From the NCBI RefSeq assembly GCF_006345805.1, contig NC_043008.1:48670001-48734000 (forward strand): 64,000 nucleotides of DNA, in the 5' to 3' direction. A model generated the notes under the pieces. It was given only the letters and a program-made list of their open reading frames with translations, searched no databases and was not told where the DNA came from. Positions 48,160-61,429 of the stretch are shown here, in pieces (the first letter of the stretch is position 1; the number at the start of each line of letters is the position of its first letter). Position numbers and translations under genes: made by a program. This stretch comes from Octopus sinensis. Taxonomy: Eukaryota.

Positions 48160-48395
48160 ATTTCTTCATTGCCCACAGGGGGGGCTAAACACAGAGGGGA
48201 CAAACAAGGACAGACAAAGGGATTAAGTCGATTATATCAACCCCCCAGTGCGAAACTGGTACTTTTTATTTATCGACCCCGAAAGGATGAAAGGCAAAGT
48301 CGACCTCGGCGGAATTGGAACTCGGAACGTAATGACAGAAGAAATATGGCTACGCATTTCGCCCTGCGTGCTAACGATTCTGCCAGCTCGCCGCC
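48160..48395 (-). mobile_element. Young SINE family A copy, inverted relative to 43986
   Basis: Reverse complement is about 85-90% identical by eye to 43986-44201. Confidence 0.85.
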
Positions 48396-48737
48396 TTTGG
48401 TCTTCGTAAATAACAACCACAATGGAGTGAAGAGTTCAGTGGTTGTTATAAGAACAACAACAAGACCGTTGTGTTATGGTAGTGTTGTAGTAACCTAACA
48501 AGAGTTATGTTGCTATAGCTCTGTTATAGTAATCCCAACAACAACAACAACAACAATCACATTTTGTATTATGGTAGAAATATAAAGAAAGCAGGAATTG
48601 CAACAACAAAGTAACGAGTCATATAAACACAGCAACAACTGCCATGGCAACACACAAACAACAACAATACAACTGTTAAAGTTTTATCAGTTTCAATCCT
48701 TATGGACAACCAGGCTGGGACATCTTCAATGTGCCTG

Positions 48738-48804
<67 letters not shown>

Positions 48805-49824
48805 GGATTTTGCTAAATTTCTATCACAACAAACTGGTCAACCCGAGACGGACACTTTGCCAAAGTTCTGTATCCTGGAATCAAACTCAGAACCAAATGG
48901 TGGCTTAGAACTTCTTAGCCAAACTTTGGCACCATGTTTGTTATATCAGTAAAAATATATTATTGGACTGAAATCCTCATCTTTAGACACGGAAGGATTA
49001 CCAGCCTGTCCAGAGAACACCCCTGGTTCAAAGGTGTAAACTTGGTCTTTTTAAGTGATCTAAATTTAAACAAAGTACAGATCCAGGAATATGGCATCAA
49101 AATGGTGACCAATCTGGGATTTGAACAGGGAGCATTTTTTTTTAAAATAAGCTTAATAACTTAGTGGTTCAACAAAAGAAACTGATAGAGTAAGTACAAG
49201 AAAAAAAAGTCCTGGGGTTGATTTGTTAGACTAACATTCTTCAAGGAGGTGCTCCAGCATGGCCAGTCTACTGAATGAAACGAGTAACAGATAAAAGACA
49301 AAAGAGCTCTTATCCATTATGGCCATACTGCAGCAACTTCCACGAATACATGCTGCTGCTGCTGATGATGATAAGAAAGTGAAGGTTGAACGACCACCTT
49401 GTGATAGTGACCCTCTCCACAGGGAATGCATTCTATGGGTAGGAAAGGACTGTACCTAATGTACAGTAGGATGGGGCCTCAGTACGGTCAAATGCAGATT
49501 AGAATATAATTCTTTGTTTAGCTGTTTTCCAGTTTGGTTAAGAAAGCAAGGGAGACAACTGGAAGTGTTTCTGTCTTCTTGGTCTTCATTAGCGGAAGTA
49601 ATTGCTTAACCATAGCTTATTGGCCCTGGACTAACTCGCTTAATTATATGGACCACTTTGTTAAAAGAAATATTAAATGGTGCCAGTAAATGAGATTAAC
49701 TGATAATTTAATTACAGTTTTAATAACAATATTTAGAGAAATCCGTTCTTTCTTTCTCTTTGTGTATCTGTCTGTTTGCTTGTCTCTCTCTCTCTCTCTC
49801 TCGCACACACAACCAAGGTCTACT

Positions 49825-50080
49825 GACTAAAGTGTTAGCTTATGATCCTAAGGCCGTGCATTCAGTTCCTGGACCGAGTGGCATGTGGCATCCTTCAGCA
49901 AGGCACCTCATCTCATGTGGCTTCGACCTGCTCAGCTGTAATGAATACCAGCTGGGTGCATCTCTCTCTCTCTCTCTTCAGCCGGATGATGTTTTGCTAA
50001 GTGAGGAGAGAGGGAGTATCTACGTCTGCTTCCAACAACATAAGGGCCTGTATCAATCAGTGAAAGCATGGTATTTGTTA
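49825..50080 (+). mobile_element. Old tRNA-head SINE with Nin/Meta-domain-like core
   Basis: ttcagttcctgg...gtggcatccttcagcaaggcacc...ctcagctgtaatgaatacc resembles a conserved SINE core. A related element lies at about 4870-5070 in the opposite orientation. Confidence 0.45.
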
Positions 50081-50647
50081 CCAAGACTGTGTGTGTGTGT
50101 GCACATGTGCAGACATACATATACACACAAGTGAGGAAGTTACAGAAGGTAGGCATTGTGTGAGATACAATAATAGACAAGCAACAATTTGCTGAACTGT
50201 AAACCTGCTCAATATTAATAATAGATGCTGTGATGATGATGATGATGACAATGAATATTTAGGACCTCAAATTTCTCAATAACAGCTGACACTATACAAG
50301 GTTCAAGGCCCCCAGTGAATTACTGCTACCAGCTCTGAAACAGCACAGCTGCTATCTGCACAAACATCTTGAGCTGCAACCAGAGAAAGGATAGGCAACC
50401 AACTGACAAAACAGATTTCAGTCTCAGGGCCACGGGTGTTCTGTCCCCTCTCTTTGTCTTTCCTTTGCCAACTGCAATGACCCCTGTTTCTCAGAGCCTC
50501 ACTAGTCCCCTACCATTTCCACTTCTCCACTGGCCCTGCACTAACCACTGAAGTCCAGCCCTTTCATCCCCAAACTATCGGCCCTTTAGAATTTCCTTCT
50601 ACTTTCCATGTAGGTGTTGACTTGCAACAGTTAAAACAAAACATTAA

Positions 50648-50816
50648 CCCTTTAGTATTCGGATCACTCTGTCAAATGTAAGGCTTATTCAAGGTTTCAA
50701 TGGCGTGGTTGCTTATTTTTAGAATGGCATTCTAGGGTAGGTGTGAGAGGCTGGATCTGGCCAGTTTGAATATGAAACCATTTGGGTTGGATGTGGCTGG
50801 TTTAAATTCTAAAGAG
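50648..50816. mobile_element. piggyBac-type MITE
   Basis: ttaa|CCCTTTAG...CTAAAGAG|taaa: CCCTT terminus with a TTAA target. Confidence 0.6.
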
Positions 50817-52629
50817 TAAATAGCATTAAGTTCACATTTACATGCATACAGGTGTGTATATAGATATTTGTTCATTCACTTGTTTTACATCTGTTTTTCC
50901 ATGGTTGCTTGGGTTGGAGGAATGTTATTTGAGGCATTGTTTTTTTTACGGCCAGATGCCCTTCCTGACACTAACCATTGTTTTTCAAGTAAGGAATCTT
51001 TTTTTTTTTTTCACATGGCTTTCAAGGCATCAGGTGACTGGACAATCTATTGATAGAAGAAACTGACAACAGCACTGCCTGTTGTTACATTTCTGTACCA
51101 GCAATCACAGATGTAAACAAACACACATATATTTGAAATGTAAGACGTACTTTTTAATAAGCATACAATTTAGTCTTATCACAAGTTTTATTTTTAAATG
51201 GACAGAAAAAGAGAACAATCTGACTAGTTTCTAATCTCATTAGACCTTCCTTCACCCGAAAAAGCATACCATCTCCACAAAGGGGTTATAAGTTTGTAGT
51301 TATTTATAGTGTAGAGGAGTTAAATGGGGCTGCCTCATTTATATAGTAGTGCGGGCAATGACAACATGGATTAATTAATAATGCACAACGCAGTGGGATT
51401 ATTTGGAGGGGGAGGGGATAATCTAAATTGTTTAAGGTATGTCTTTTTATTAATAATCATATAATTTAGTTGTGCTGAGAAACTCTATGTCAACACGAAA
51501 AAGAATAGGAGTAAAGAGGATGTTGACAAACAGTAACACTGAAGTGTTAGTTTAACAACAACAAACAAAAGGGGAAGAGAGGACTCAATATCTGGTGTAG
51601 AGAAAAAGACTTCAGTTTCAATAAACCACACACACACACACACACAGCCATCCTGACCTGCAGACACATGGCTGAAACCTCACAAGAATATGACACTTTA
51701 CCTAGTCTGATTCAAAGACTCACACTCTCGCTCTCCCCACAACCCTCACAACATGCCTCACTTTCATTGCAAAATCCCATTAGTAATTTCTGTGTTACAC
51801 ATGAATTAGTTCCTTTTCAAAGCAGCCAACCATCTTCCACTCTCAGCTTCTCCCTATTCTCCCCTCCCCACTTCATCCTCCTCTCTCTCTCTCTCCTTCT
51901 GTCTTCTTTTTCTCTTTCTGTCTGCTGTTTCCTTTACTCACACCCCCTCCACTCACCTTTAGTCTTTTTTTCCCCTTTTAATTCAGTCTTTATCTCCTCC
52001 TCCTCCCCCAGTCTGCCTCTTTCCCCCCACTCCCCCCTGTCTTCTGTCTTCTCTATCTGTTAGACTCCTGTCTTCTCTTTCTTCTCCACATTTTGTCTTC
52101 TATTTCCATCACCAGATACATTCATAGTAGCATAATTTCTAGAATATAAAGCAATAAACCAAGTCTACACATCTCTCTCCTCTCTCTCTCTCTCTCACAG
52201 ATTCTTTCATTACTCCTCCTCCTCACCATCACCACATCGTTACTCCCTCTTCTCTATTCCGCTGCAAAAATTCTTTACCTCCAACAGCTTCCCTCCTGAT
52301 GGAAAGTGCTTAATATTCTATTTCCAGGTGAATGGGTGTAAACACATCCAAAGCACTGTGTGAAAAGCTGCAATGGAGAATATTGGCCTTCCTCTCAGCT
52401 CTGGCTGGAGACATTCCAATTCTAAATAGATTTGATGCAGCTCCACTCAAAATCCTACCACCCTTTCACTCTATACACACACATCAATATACACACATCT
52501 ATATACAAACACACACATTTATATACACACATCTATCTATCTATCTATCAACATACACACACATGTATATACGCATAGATACATACACATATACACAGAC
52601 ATAAAATCTTTTACATACAGACACACCAT

Positions 52630-52890
52630 CATGGATTTGTAATTAAGAAGTTTGCTTCACAAGTCAATGGCTTTGGGTTCAGTGCCACTGTGTGGCACTT
52701 AGGGCAAGTAGGTGCCTTATACTAGAGCCTTGGACCAACCAAAGCTTTGTGAGTGGATTTGGGTGACAAGAAATTTGCTTCCTAACCACAGGGTTTCAGG
52801 TTCAGTTCCACAGTGTGGCACTTTATGCAAATGTCTTCTATTATAGCCATGGGCCAACCAAGGCCTTAGCAGTAGATTTGGTAGACAGTG
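52630..52890 (+). mobile_element. Two tandem SINE family B heads
   Basis: aagaagtttgcttc...ggttcagtgccactgtgtggcactt repeated at about 52645 and 52768. Confidence 0.7.
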
Positions 52891-53088
52891 AGTATTCAAA
52901 AGAAAACCAGGCTCAGTTTTATCAGTTGATAATTGGAAACGGGCGGCTCTGAGTCCTGGAAATTGGAGCCTTTCAGTTATAATATCTCAAAGAATACTCT
53001 ACATTTCTAGTGAGTCCTGTAATCTACTGCTTCTGGTGAATCAACAGAGATTCTCTCTCTCTCTCTCTCACACACACAAACATCTATG

Positions 53089-53376
53089 TAGTAAAGTGAT
53101 TAGCTACATCAAAGTGGCAGATGACTGTTACTACTAGTTTAACCCCAGGCGGACTCTCCGCCAGCTGGTTTCCGGTGCAAGCTCTGCACCCTTTATATAC
53201 AATATATCAAAGCAGAGGGAGCTGCTAGCAATGTATTGTGCATAAAGGGGGCTAGTGATGTATTGTACAGAAAGGGTGCAGAGCTTGCACTGAAGACCAG
53301 CTGGTGGATAATCTGCCTGGGGTTAAACTCGTAGTAACATCAATCTGCCACTTAGATGTGGTTACTCGCTTTACCG
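53089..53376. mobile_element. Foldback/MITE element, arms about 117 bp, roughly 80% complementary
   Basis: gtaaag...aagtggcaga...gtttaaccccagg...ccagctgg...gtgcaagctctgcacccttt is mirrored in 53258-53374. Confidence 0.85.
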
Positions 53377-53409
53377 TTTAGTATATGCTACTACTATATC
53401 TTTCCTTGA

Positions 53410-53975
53410 GATTTTATAACTAGTTATTTTGTTGGTGTCTTTATGTCCCTGTAACTTAGCAGTTTGGCAAAAGAGACTGACAGAATAAGAAATAGGTTTT
53501 CACAAAAAAAAAAAAAAGGGAAAGAAGTACTGGGGCCAACTGGTTTAATTAAAATTCTTCAAGGTTCTGTCGCAGAGTATAATGACTGAAACAAGTAAAA
53601 GATTAAAGATATAAGATGTGGTAAGAAGCTTGCTTCCCAGCCAAATGGTTCCAGGTTCAGTCCCACTGTGTGGCATCTTGGGCAAATGTCTTCTACTATA
53701 ACCTCGGGCCAACCAAAGCCTTCTGAGTGGATTTAGTAGATGGAAACTGAAAGAAGCCTGTCGTGTATGTGTGTGTGTGTTTTTGTTCCACGCCATCACT
53801 CAACAACCGATGTTGGTGTGTTTACATCCCTGTAATTTAGCGGTTCGACAAGAAACCATAGAATAAGTATTAGGCTTACAAAGAATAAGTCGTGGGGTCA
53901 ATTTGTTTGACTGAAGGCGGTACTCCAGCATGGCCGCAGTCAAATGACTGAAACCAGTAAACAAATAAAAGAATA
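53410..53975 (+). mobile_element. SINE family B: partial second module followed by a full copy
   Basis: gtgtctttatgtccctgtaacttagc (53435) and tgtggtaagaagcttgcttcccagcc (53617) through gtcaaatgactgaaac. Confidence 0.78.
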
Positions 53976-55499
53976 TGAGATCACATTACAAATGTAACTG
54001 GACACCCCTGTTGTAGAAGGTGTCCTAAACATCCAGTCTTCCATGAAAACATGTCCAGCCATGGAGAAATATTACCTTATTTGGAAACAGGTGAAAGTTG
54101 GCAACAGGAAGGGTCTCTGGCCGAAGAAAAATCTGCCTCCACAAATTCTGACTCACACAGGAATGGAAAAGTAAATATCAAAGTGACAGTGATGATGATA
54201 TATGTTTATGGTTCTCAATGCTACACACACACACACACACACACACACACTATATGAAAATCTAGAGACGTAGGGCATTAAGACAACTGCCAGTCTGAAA
54301 CCATTGTTATACGGTTTTCCTCAGACCATTCGGCCATTTAGAGAACTGGATCACAAAGCACAAAATCAACAGCAACCAACTACTCAGGCCAACCAAAGCT
54401 GTTGCCTAACATCTTACCAAAGAAAGCATTCATCTAGAAAATGAAATCAAATTAAATCATAGAAACGTACAAAACGGGTGGAAACTGTGATGAGTAGTCT
54501 CCCCTGTTCTAGATTAACCCTTTCCAAAAAAAAAGCCATTACACTCATTCATGAAACCACATGAATTTAATTCACATTTAATTTGATTTAACACAGCTAC
54601 TTACTTAATTAATAATTCTATTTAATTGATGTAGACTGTATAGTTATAAACATATAACATGTAGACTCGTGTATTTCCCTTAATCATTTAATTCCAGTCT
54701 TTGGCAAGGGTGGCTCTAAAGAGGTGGCAGGGGATCACATTTCAAAAGTATATTATGGAATTATTAGACAGCACCCCACCACAACCTCAAAACGAACTGA
54801 TAATTCAGAATCCAGTTTACTGAGAAATTCGTAGAGTACACACCCACACACACATTTTCAGAAGTCAAAACATATAGCAATAAATAAATGGACAGAACGA
54901 CGTACTAAATGCATGCACACACCCACACACACTTCTATATGACAGTGTGCACATATTTCTTCAACGTTCTCTCAGGTATATCACTTCATGGGCAGAGGCA
55001 TGCAGAATCTCTGTTCAATCTCACAAACGTCCTCTTTATGGGGGGCAAATACTGCTCCACACAACAATCTTTGAGAAGCAGCTTCAATGGTCAGATGATT
55101 CATTATATTTCTGACAAGAATTGAGAGAAATAAAGGAGTGGGTTTCAGTAATTTGGTACATTTTAAGGGGCATGGCTCATAAAGCACTGAAGACATCAAT
55201 ATAGATTGGTGAAGAAATTCGGGTGAGCTCGTCAAACTGCCCAATCCATACCAACATGGAAAACAGACATTAAATGATGACGATGATGATACATCAGTGA
55301 TGTAGTAATATAAATAGCAACGAGAAAGGTATACAAATTCATGTACAATGGATCTTCACACAGAAGGTAATGGTCAAGCCAGAGTTATGGCAGAAGACAA
55401 GCATTATTCTAGGGGCAACACAGTGAACTGGAACCCAGACTCCCATGGTTACAGAGCAAACTTCATAAACACACAGCCATCCATCTGTATTTAAAAATT

Positions 55500-55760
55500 C
55501 TTGTGTGATGCCAGAGTTCGGTTCTATCTCTCATACACTTCCTCCTTATCCATTGACAACCTCCAGGCTGTCACCTCCACCAACGCAAATAATACCATTC
55601 TTCATTTTTCTCTAATCTTCTGCATTCAAGTCTTATTCACATGCATCCTAGACACCTTGTACCAAATTTGCACTGATCCCTCAAACAACATCTTCCATTG
55701 AGACCATGCCAACTTTGTCTTCTTTAACAAAACCCTTCCACCAAAACCTGACAATCACAG
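55500..55760 (-). mobile_element. Decayed RTE RT fragment
   Basis: DQCKFGTRCLG and CVGGGDSLEVV resemble the Cys-rich insertion and the GDSLEVVDSFxYLG region. Confidence 0.5.
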
Positions 55761-56544
55761 CACATAAACAGCTCACTTCCCCCCACCCTAAATACATGAA
55801 CATCACACAACTCAAACCCTTGTGGTTGTTTTAAATGCTCTCCTGGTGAATGAACAATCTTAATATAACGAGTAATCTACCTCAAAGATTGGTCTTTCTC
55901 TTCAAAGCAAGAAACTGCTTCACACCATTTCTACAACTAGTAACCCTCTATAAGCTCAAAGACATTCAGAGAAAGTCCACTCAGCCAAGTGGTATGAAGC
56001 TATTGAACATATTCCAACTTGTGGCCCACCTCGAGTTCTGCTCGTTATTGTGCTACTTCTATTTAGGCCTTTCCTTTGCCTCTTCTCTCCTAATCACACC
56101 CAAACCCTGCACTAACCAAAGCTTCTACTCCCTTCATCTCAGACTGTTGATCTTCAAAAATTCCTTCCCTGCTCATGTTTTCTCTACAACAGTTTAAATG
56201 AAATGGTTAATGTCAGGGATCTTTACCAGTCATAGTAAACTCAGCAAAAGCCATGGGTAAAGCTATCTTTCCTCTAGATTGAACTTGTGTGTGCATGTGT
56301 GTGAATAAGAAGTTTGTACACCAACCACACAGTTTCTGGTTCCATCTCAGTGCATGGCACCTTGGGCAAAGTGTGAGGCAGTGAGACTGAACTCTAATGA
56401 ACAGTGGGACACTTTGCTACTCCCAACAAGGAAAGAGTGGGAGAACAGAGCAGACAGAATCAAGCAGTGAAAGCTAGTGAGCACCAGTACAAGCCGCTAC
56501 AATACTGACCATCTCCAATTAACCACTGATGTTTAAATATTTCT

Positions 56545-56750
56545 AAGGTGGCAAGCTGGCCGAATCATTAGCTGCATTTCTTCTAATTTTCCATTCTGAA
56601 TTCAAGTATCACCAGGGTTGACTTTACCTTTCATCCCTTTGAGGTTGATCAAATAAGTACCAGTTGAACACTGGGGTCGATGTAATCAACTTACCCCCTC
56701 CCTCGAAATCACTGTCCCCCCTGCCAATATTTGAATCCATTATTATTATT
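56545..56750 (+). mobile_element. SINE family A
   Basis: aaggtggcaagctggccgaatcattagc...ttgactttacctttcatccc...aagtaccagttgaacactggggtcg. Confidence 0.75.
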
Positions 56751-57899
56751 ATTATCATTATTTTTCTAATCAGATATCAAAGAAATAGACAAAAAAAATA
56801 TTAAGGTTGTTTGTTATTTGATTTAAAAGAAAAATTTTTAAAAGCCAACAAAAACACATTAAAAAATTTTTTCTCCCTCTAAAAAAAACAACAAAAAAAC
56901 TGTGATATTATCAAGTTTAAGCTTGAATTAGTGTGACACGAGAGAAATTGAAATAACAATGGTGGCAACAGCAAGAATATTGTATGGCATGTGGTGGTGG
57001 TGGTGGTGGTGGTGGAAGGAAGGCGGATGAGGGAGGGACTGTTTGAAATTAACAAGAAAGAATTACTGATTATTTAAAATGACTTTTAAAATTTGACAGA
57101 ACAAGACGGAGAGAGGAGGGGGAGAAAAGGGAGGGAATATTTCATCACACAAGAGCATGCAGTCTACTTAATTAGAATCCTATTAATCAGAAATGACATT
57201 CATTAGCAACCAAACGGTCAGTCGTTGTTTAGCCCCAGGTGAGCATTGATTGAGCAGAGCCAAGGTCAAGAGACAATCCAGCTATGGCCATTCTGTCTTT
57301 TTCCCTAGGTGCAAGGAATTCAGGACCACATTATCCACCCAATGTATCGTGTTTTAAAGATAAGGAGTAAGTTGAGCTAGATTAGGATGCTATTTCTAGC
57401 AGGTTAAACAACCACATAGAGGAGTGTGGTAGAAGTTGTAGAAGTGGTGGTGGTGGTGGGTGGTGGTGGTGGCAGAGGTAATAATGGAGAAGAGCAGAAT
57501 GATGGTAGAAATGATGACAATGGCGGAGATGGTGGTGGTAGAAATGAAGATGGTGGGGATACGGTGATGGCAGTGGTGCTGATGGTGGCAATTATATTGA
57601 ATTATTAACATTCCAGCCTTAGAAAAAAATAAAAATAAGTATCAATAAAACCAAAAACTAAAGCAAACAAATAAAAACATTGAATCAGTTTAGCATAAAA
57701 TATTTTGGCTCTCTCTCTCTCTCTCTTAAACACACAAACACACACTAAAATTCATGTCTTATTAAGCTCTAAAGTGACAATGATTGATCTTTTTTCACTT
57801 TTATTTTCAGTTTCGGGTCATCCATCAGCTACAACACACACACCACCACCACCACCATCACCATCACCATCATCATCATCATCATCATCATCATTATCA

Positions 57900-58450
57900 A
57901 GGCAGTGAGCTGGCAGAATCATTAGCACACCAGACAAAATGCTTCATGACATTTTGTCCCGAGTTCAAACTCCGCTGAGTTCGACTTTGCCTTTCATCCT
58001 TCCAGGGTCAATAAAATAAGTACCAGTTGATCACTGGGGGGTGGGGGGTGTAATCAACCAGCTCCTCCCCTGAATTTCTGGCCTTGTACCAAAATTTGAA
58101 ACCATTATTCTAATTTGAGGGCAGTGGACTGGCAGAATCCTTAGAGCACCAGGACAAAATGCTTCCAGGAATTTGCTTCAGCTATTTATATTCCAAGTTC
58201 AAATCTTGATGAGGTCAACTTTGCCTTTTGTCCCTCTGGGACAAATAAAATAAAGCCCCTTTCCTCTCAAAATTTCTGACCTTGTGCATAAATAGGGCAG
58301 TAGATTGGAAGACTTGTTAGAGCAGCAGACAAAATGCCTTGTGGTATGTGTTCTGGTTCTTTATGTTCTGAGTTCAAATCCCACAGTGGTTAACCATGCT
58401 TTTGCATTGCGTTGGGAGTTGGATAAACTAAAACACTAGCTATGTACAGG
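57900..58450 (+). mobile_element. Three tandem SINE family A copies
   Basis: Heads ggcagtgagctggcagaat (57900), ggcagtggactggcagaat (58120) and gggcagtagattggaagac (58294). Confidence 0.75.
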
Positions 58451-58589
58451 GGTTGTACAGAGAGTGTAGTGGGTGCTTTTTACGTGCCACCAGCACAGGA
58501 GCCAGTCAGGTGGCACTGGCATCGGCCACGTTCGGAAGGTGCCTTTTACGTGCCACCGGCACAGGAGCCAGCCAGGACGGGAGGGCTGG

Positions 58590-58761
58590 CATCATATGAT
58601 GAATATAATAAAAGTTGACAATTTTTTTTTTTATGTTATATTTATTTTGTAAACAAATCATACAATATTACACAAGCATTTCATAATGTTTCTTTCTTTT
58701 CTGGCAGCTGATGGTTTGCAGACCGGCACCGGTCCACGGACCACCACTTTGAGTAGCACTG
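58590..58761. mobile_element. hAT-type MITE end fragment
   Basis: gaccggcaccggtccacggaccaccactttgagtagcactg is a Charlie/MER5-like terminal sequence. The other end was not seen. Confidence 0.55.
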
Positions 58762-61429
58762 CTCTTAGCAGACACCACAAATACATATATATACACACAT
58801 CCACATAATTTCAATCTGTATGCAGGGAATTACATCAGAGTATTAAGTAATACATTCAAAAGAACTTATGAGACTAAAGACGGCACAAACCTGAAACACA
58901 GATAATATATGAGTAAGGAAGAAACAGCACTGAATGACATTTCACAGCAGGAGAGCGGTTCCAATCAAGGGAGATAATAGATAAGGGCATTGATGCATCT
59001 GCATGATTTTATGCCTTTTCCTTATGTGTGTATACAATGTTTTGAGAATATCTTATTAGTGTATCTGTATCTGCGTATAAGTATGTAAAACCCGAAGACA
59101 GAAGGCAGCTGAAAGGTCAACGTAGCATTAGAGAAAAATGGGAAGGTTGTAGAAGTTTTAGTGGCATAAAATGCATAATTTAAATCAGGTCTAATCGAGA
59201 AGTAGGAACTCATTATTCTCATTTAACGTCTGCCTTCCATGCTGGCATGGGTGGGACAGTTTGACGAGAGCCGGCCAGGCAGCAGCCTGCACCAGATTTC
59301 TGTGACTGTTTTGACAGGATTTTTACAGCTGGATGCCCTGCCGAACGCCAACCCCTTTGTAATGTCGACTGGGTGCAACATATTGGTAATGTAGTCACGA
59401 TGTCTCCTTTAGCACATCTATCAATTTATATAAACTGCTCATAATATTCATCGATACTTTCAGCATGAAAAACTCCATATTCATTGACACAAAGCAAAAC
59501 AATAATTGCAACAATTAAGGGAAAGAAAGGAATTAGGGACCAGGAATTGAGAGTTTTAATGTTGCTCAGCTTAAGAGTCTGTGTGTAGGGTGTGTTCAGG
59601 TTATGAAAATGCCTAAGCAGGCGCTCTTTCAAAAGTGGAATAACATCTTCACTGTCTGAAATCTTGTTGGCAATTTATACAAGAAATCTCTTTTACTTGT
59701 ATTTCTTTCGCTTAAATGTTATTAATGTGTAATTGCAGCATGTTCCTTTCTCTTCACTCTCTCTCTCTCTCCTTAATGCTATTACAGTCCTCCTTCTCTT
59801 TCTTCCTTTAAATGTTGTGATGACAACAGTTTGTCCACACTGTTTGTCTCTCCGTGAGACTGTCATTATTACTGGCTCAATGATTAATATGCAAAAGAAG
59901 TGTGCATGGAGCATTTAGTGGTTGTATAAATAATTAAAAGAATGATAACTTGGCCTCGTTTAGTATGTCTATCAATTTATAGGAATTGATCACAGCATTG
60001 GCTGACATTTTGACATGAGAAACTGGCATATTCATAGCAGGAAACAAAACAAACAACAAACGGCCTCAGATTATTAAGTCTTCATAAGACTTGCCTTTCT
60101 CTTTGACTGTAAATAAATATTCATGGAGGAACATAACTGCATGGGGTAAGACACTGCTCATGTTTATTTCTTTTGACACAAAGTGAGTAACTCATAATAT
60201 TCATTGCGAAAATCATGATTTTCTTTCAATCTCTAGAAATTATATTGTACTTGATAGCATTCTTTAAAACCCAGCATTATGGGAAGTAGCACACCATTAT
60301 GACAAATACAACAAACCACCACGGGTGTGTGTGTACATGCTGTCATGATTGGGTGGTTAAGAAGCTTGCTTAGCAATCATCACGAGGTCCTAAGTTCAAT
60401 AATTCTGTGTAGAATCATCATCATCATCAATATAGTCCATTTTCCATGCTGGTACAGGTCAGATGGTTTAGGCCAGAGAGCTCCACCAGGCTGCAGTTGT
60501 CTGCTTTGGCATGGCTCCTATGGCTGGATGCCCTTCCTGATGCCAAACACTTTACTGAGTGTGGACTGGGTGCTTCTGATGTGACACTAGCATGAGCACT
60601 TTCTACATAGAACCAGCATGTAAAATGTCTTATGTCACAGATTTGGGTGAATCCAAGCTCTGTGAGTGAAACTGTAGAAACTTGTTGAATGCTCTGTGCT
60701 TGATGTTATTACTTGTGTAATGCCAGATGGCATAAACTTGGCTCATATTCCATCCCTCCATCCTCACCCACATCACAACGGTTTATATGGATTATGTATA
60801 AAGGATTGCATGAGACCTGTCTGTAGCTGATACACTCTACCATCCCCCGCACTCTACTGCCAGTCATTACCTACTCTTACCATCATCCACTTATTACCCA
60901 TCACTCTTTCTCTTCCCTTCTCACTCTTTCTACCATCTTTTCCCTGTCATTAAATCTCCCTGCTCTATACCTTCTTAGTCAGGTTGCCTTGGGAGATGCT
61001 TGTGTTTTAGAGCAGTGAGGATTCTTTATTCATACAGTGTATAAGGCAAACCCACTAGAGCTGGTGCAATGACAAAATGTACCCAAATGCACTTTGATAA
61101 GAGGCTGGTGATACAGAAGCCATGCATCCTTAGAAATCGAGCCAAAATGAAACGCACCAGAAAGATGTGGTCCTCCAGCCAGTGTTGGAGGCCAGCAGCT
61201 CCTCATAAGAATGGACTTGGACTGAAATGATTCATTCAACCTATGCCAGAATGAAAAGCAACCATAAAATGAATATCTTGAGAAATTGGTGGGTGTATAA
61301 CATGCATATGTATTTATGTGTGTATATGTATATATATACATGATAATCCCTCAACTATCGTGGGTGTCATGTTCCAAAAATCCACAAAGTAGAATCAGCA
61401 CTGTACTCTTTTTCTTTTCTTTTATTCTT

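Noticed and set aside
57382-57978. PolyH and G/D-rich ORFs
   Set aside because: They are triplet microsatellites (CAC/CAT/GGT) next to SINE tails.
58460-58592. Tandem duplication inside a family C repeat
   Set aside because: The same internal tandem unit appears in the copy at 590-700, so it is intrinsic to the element.
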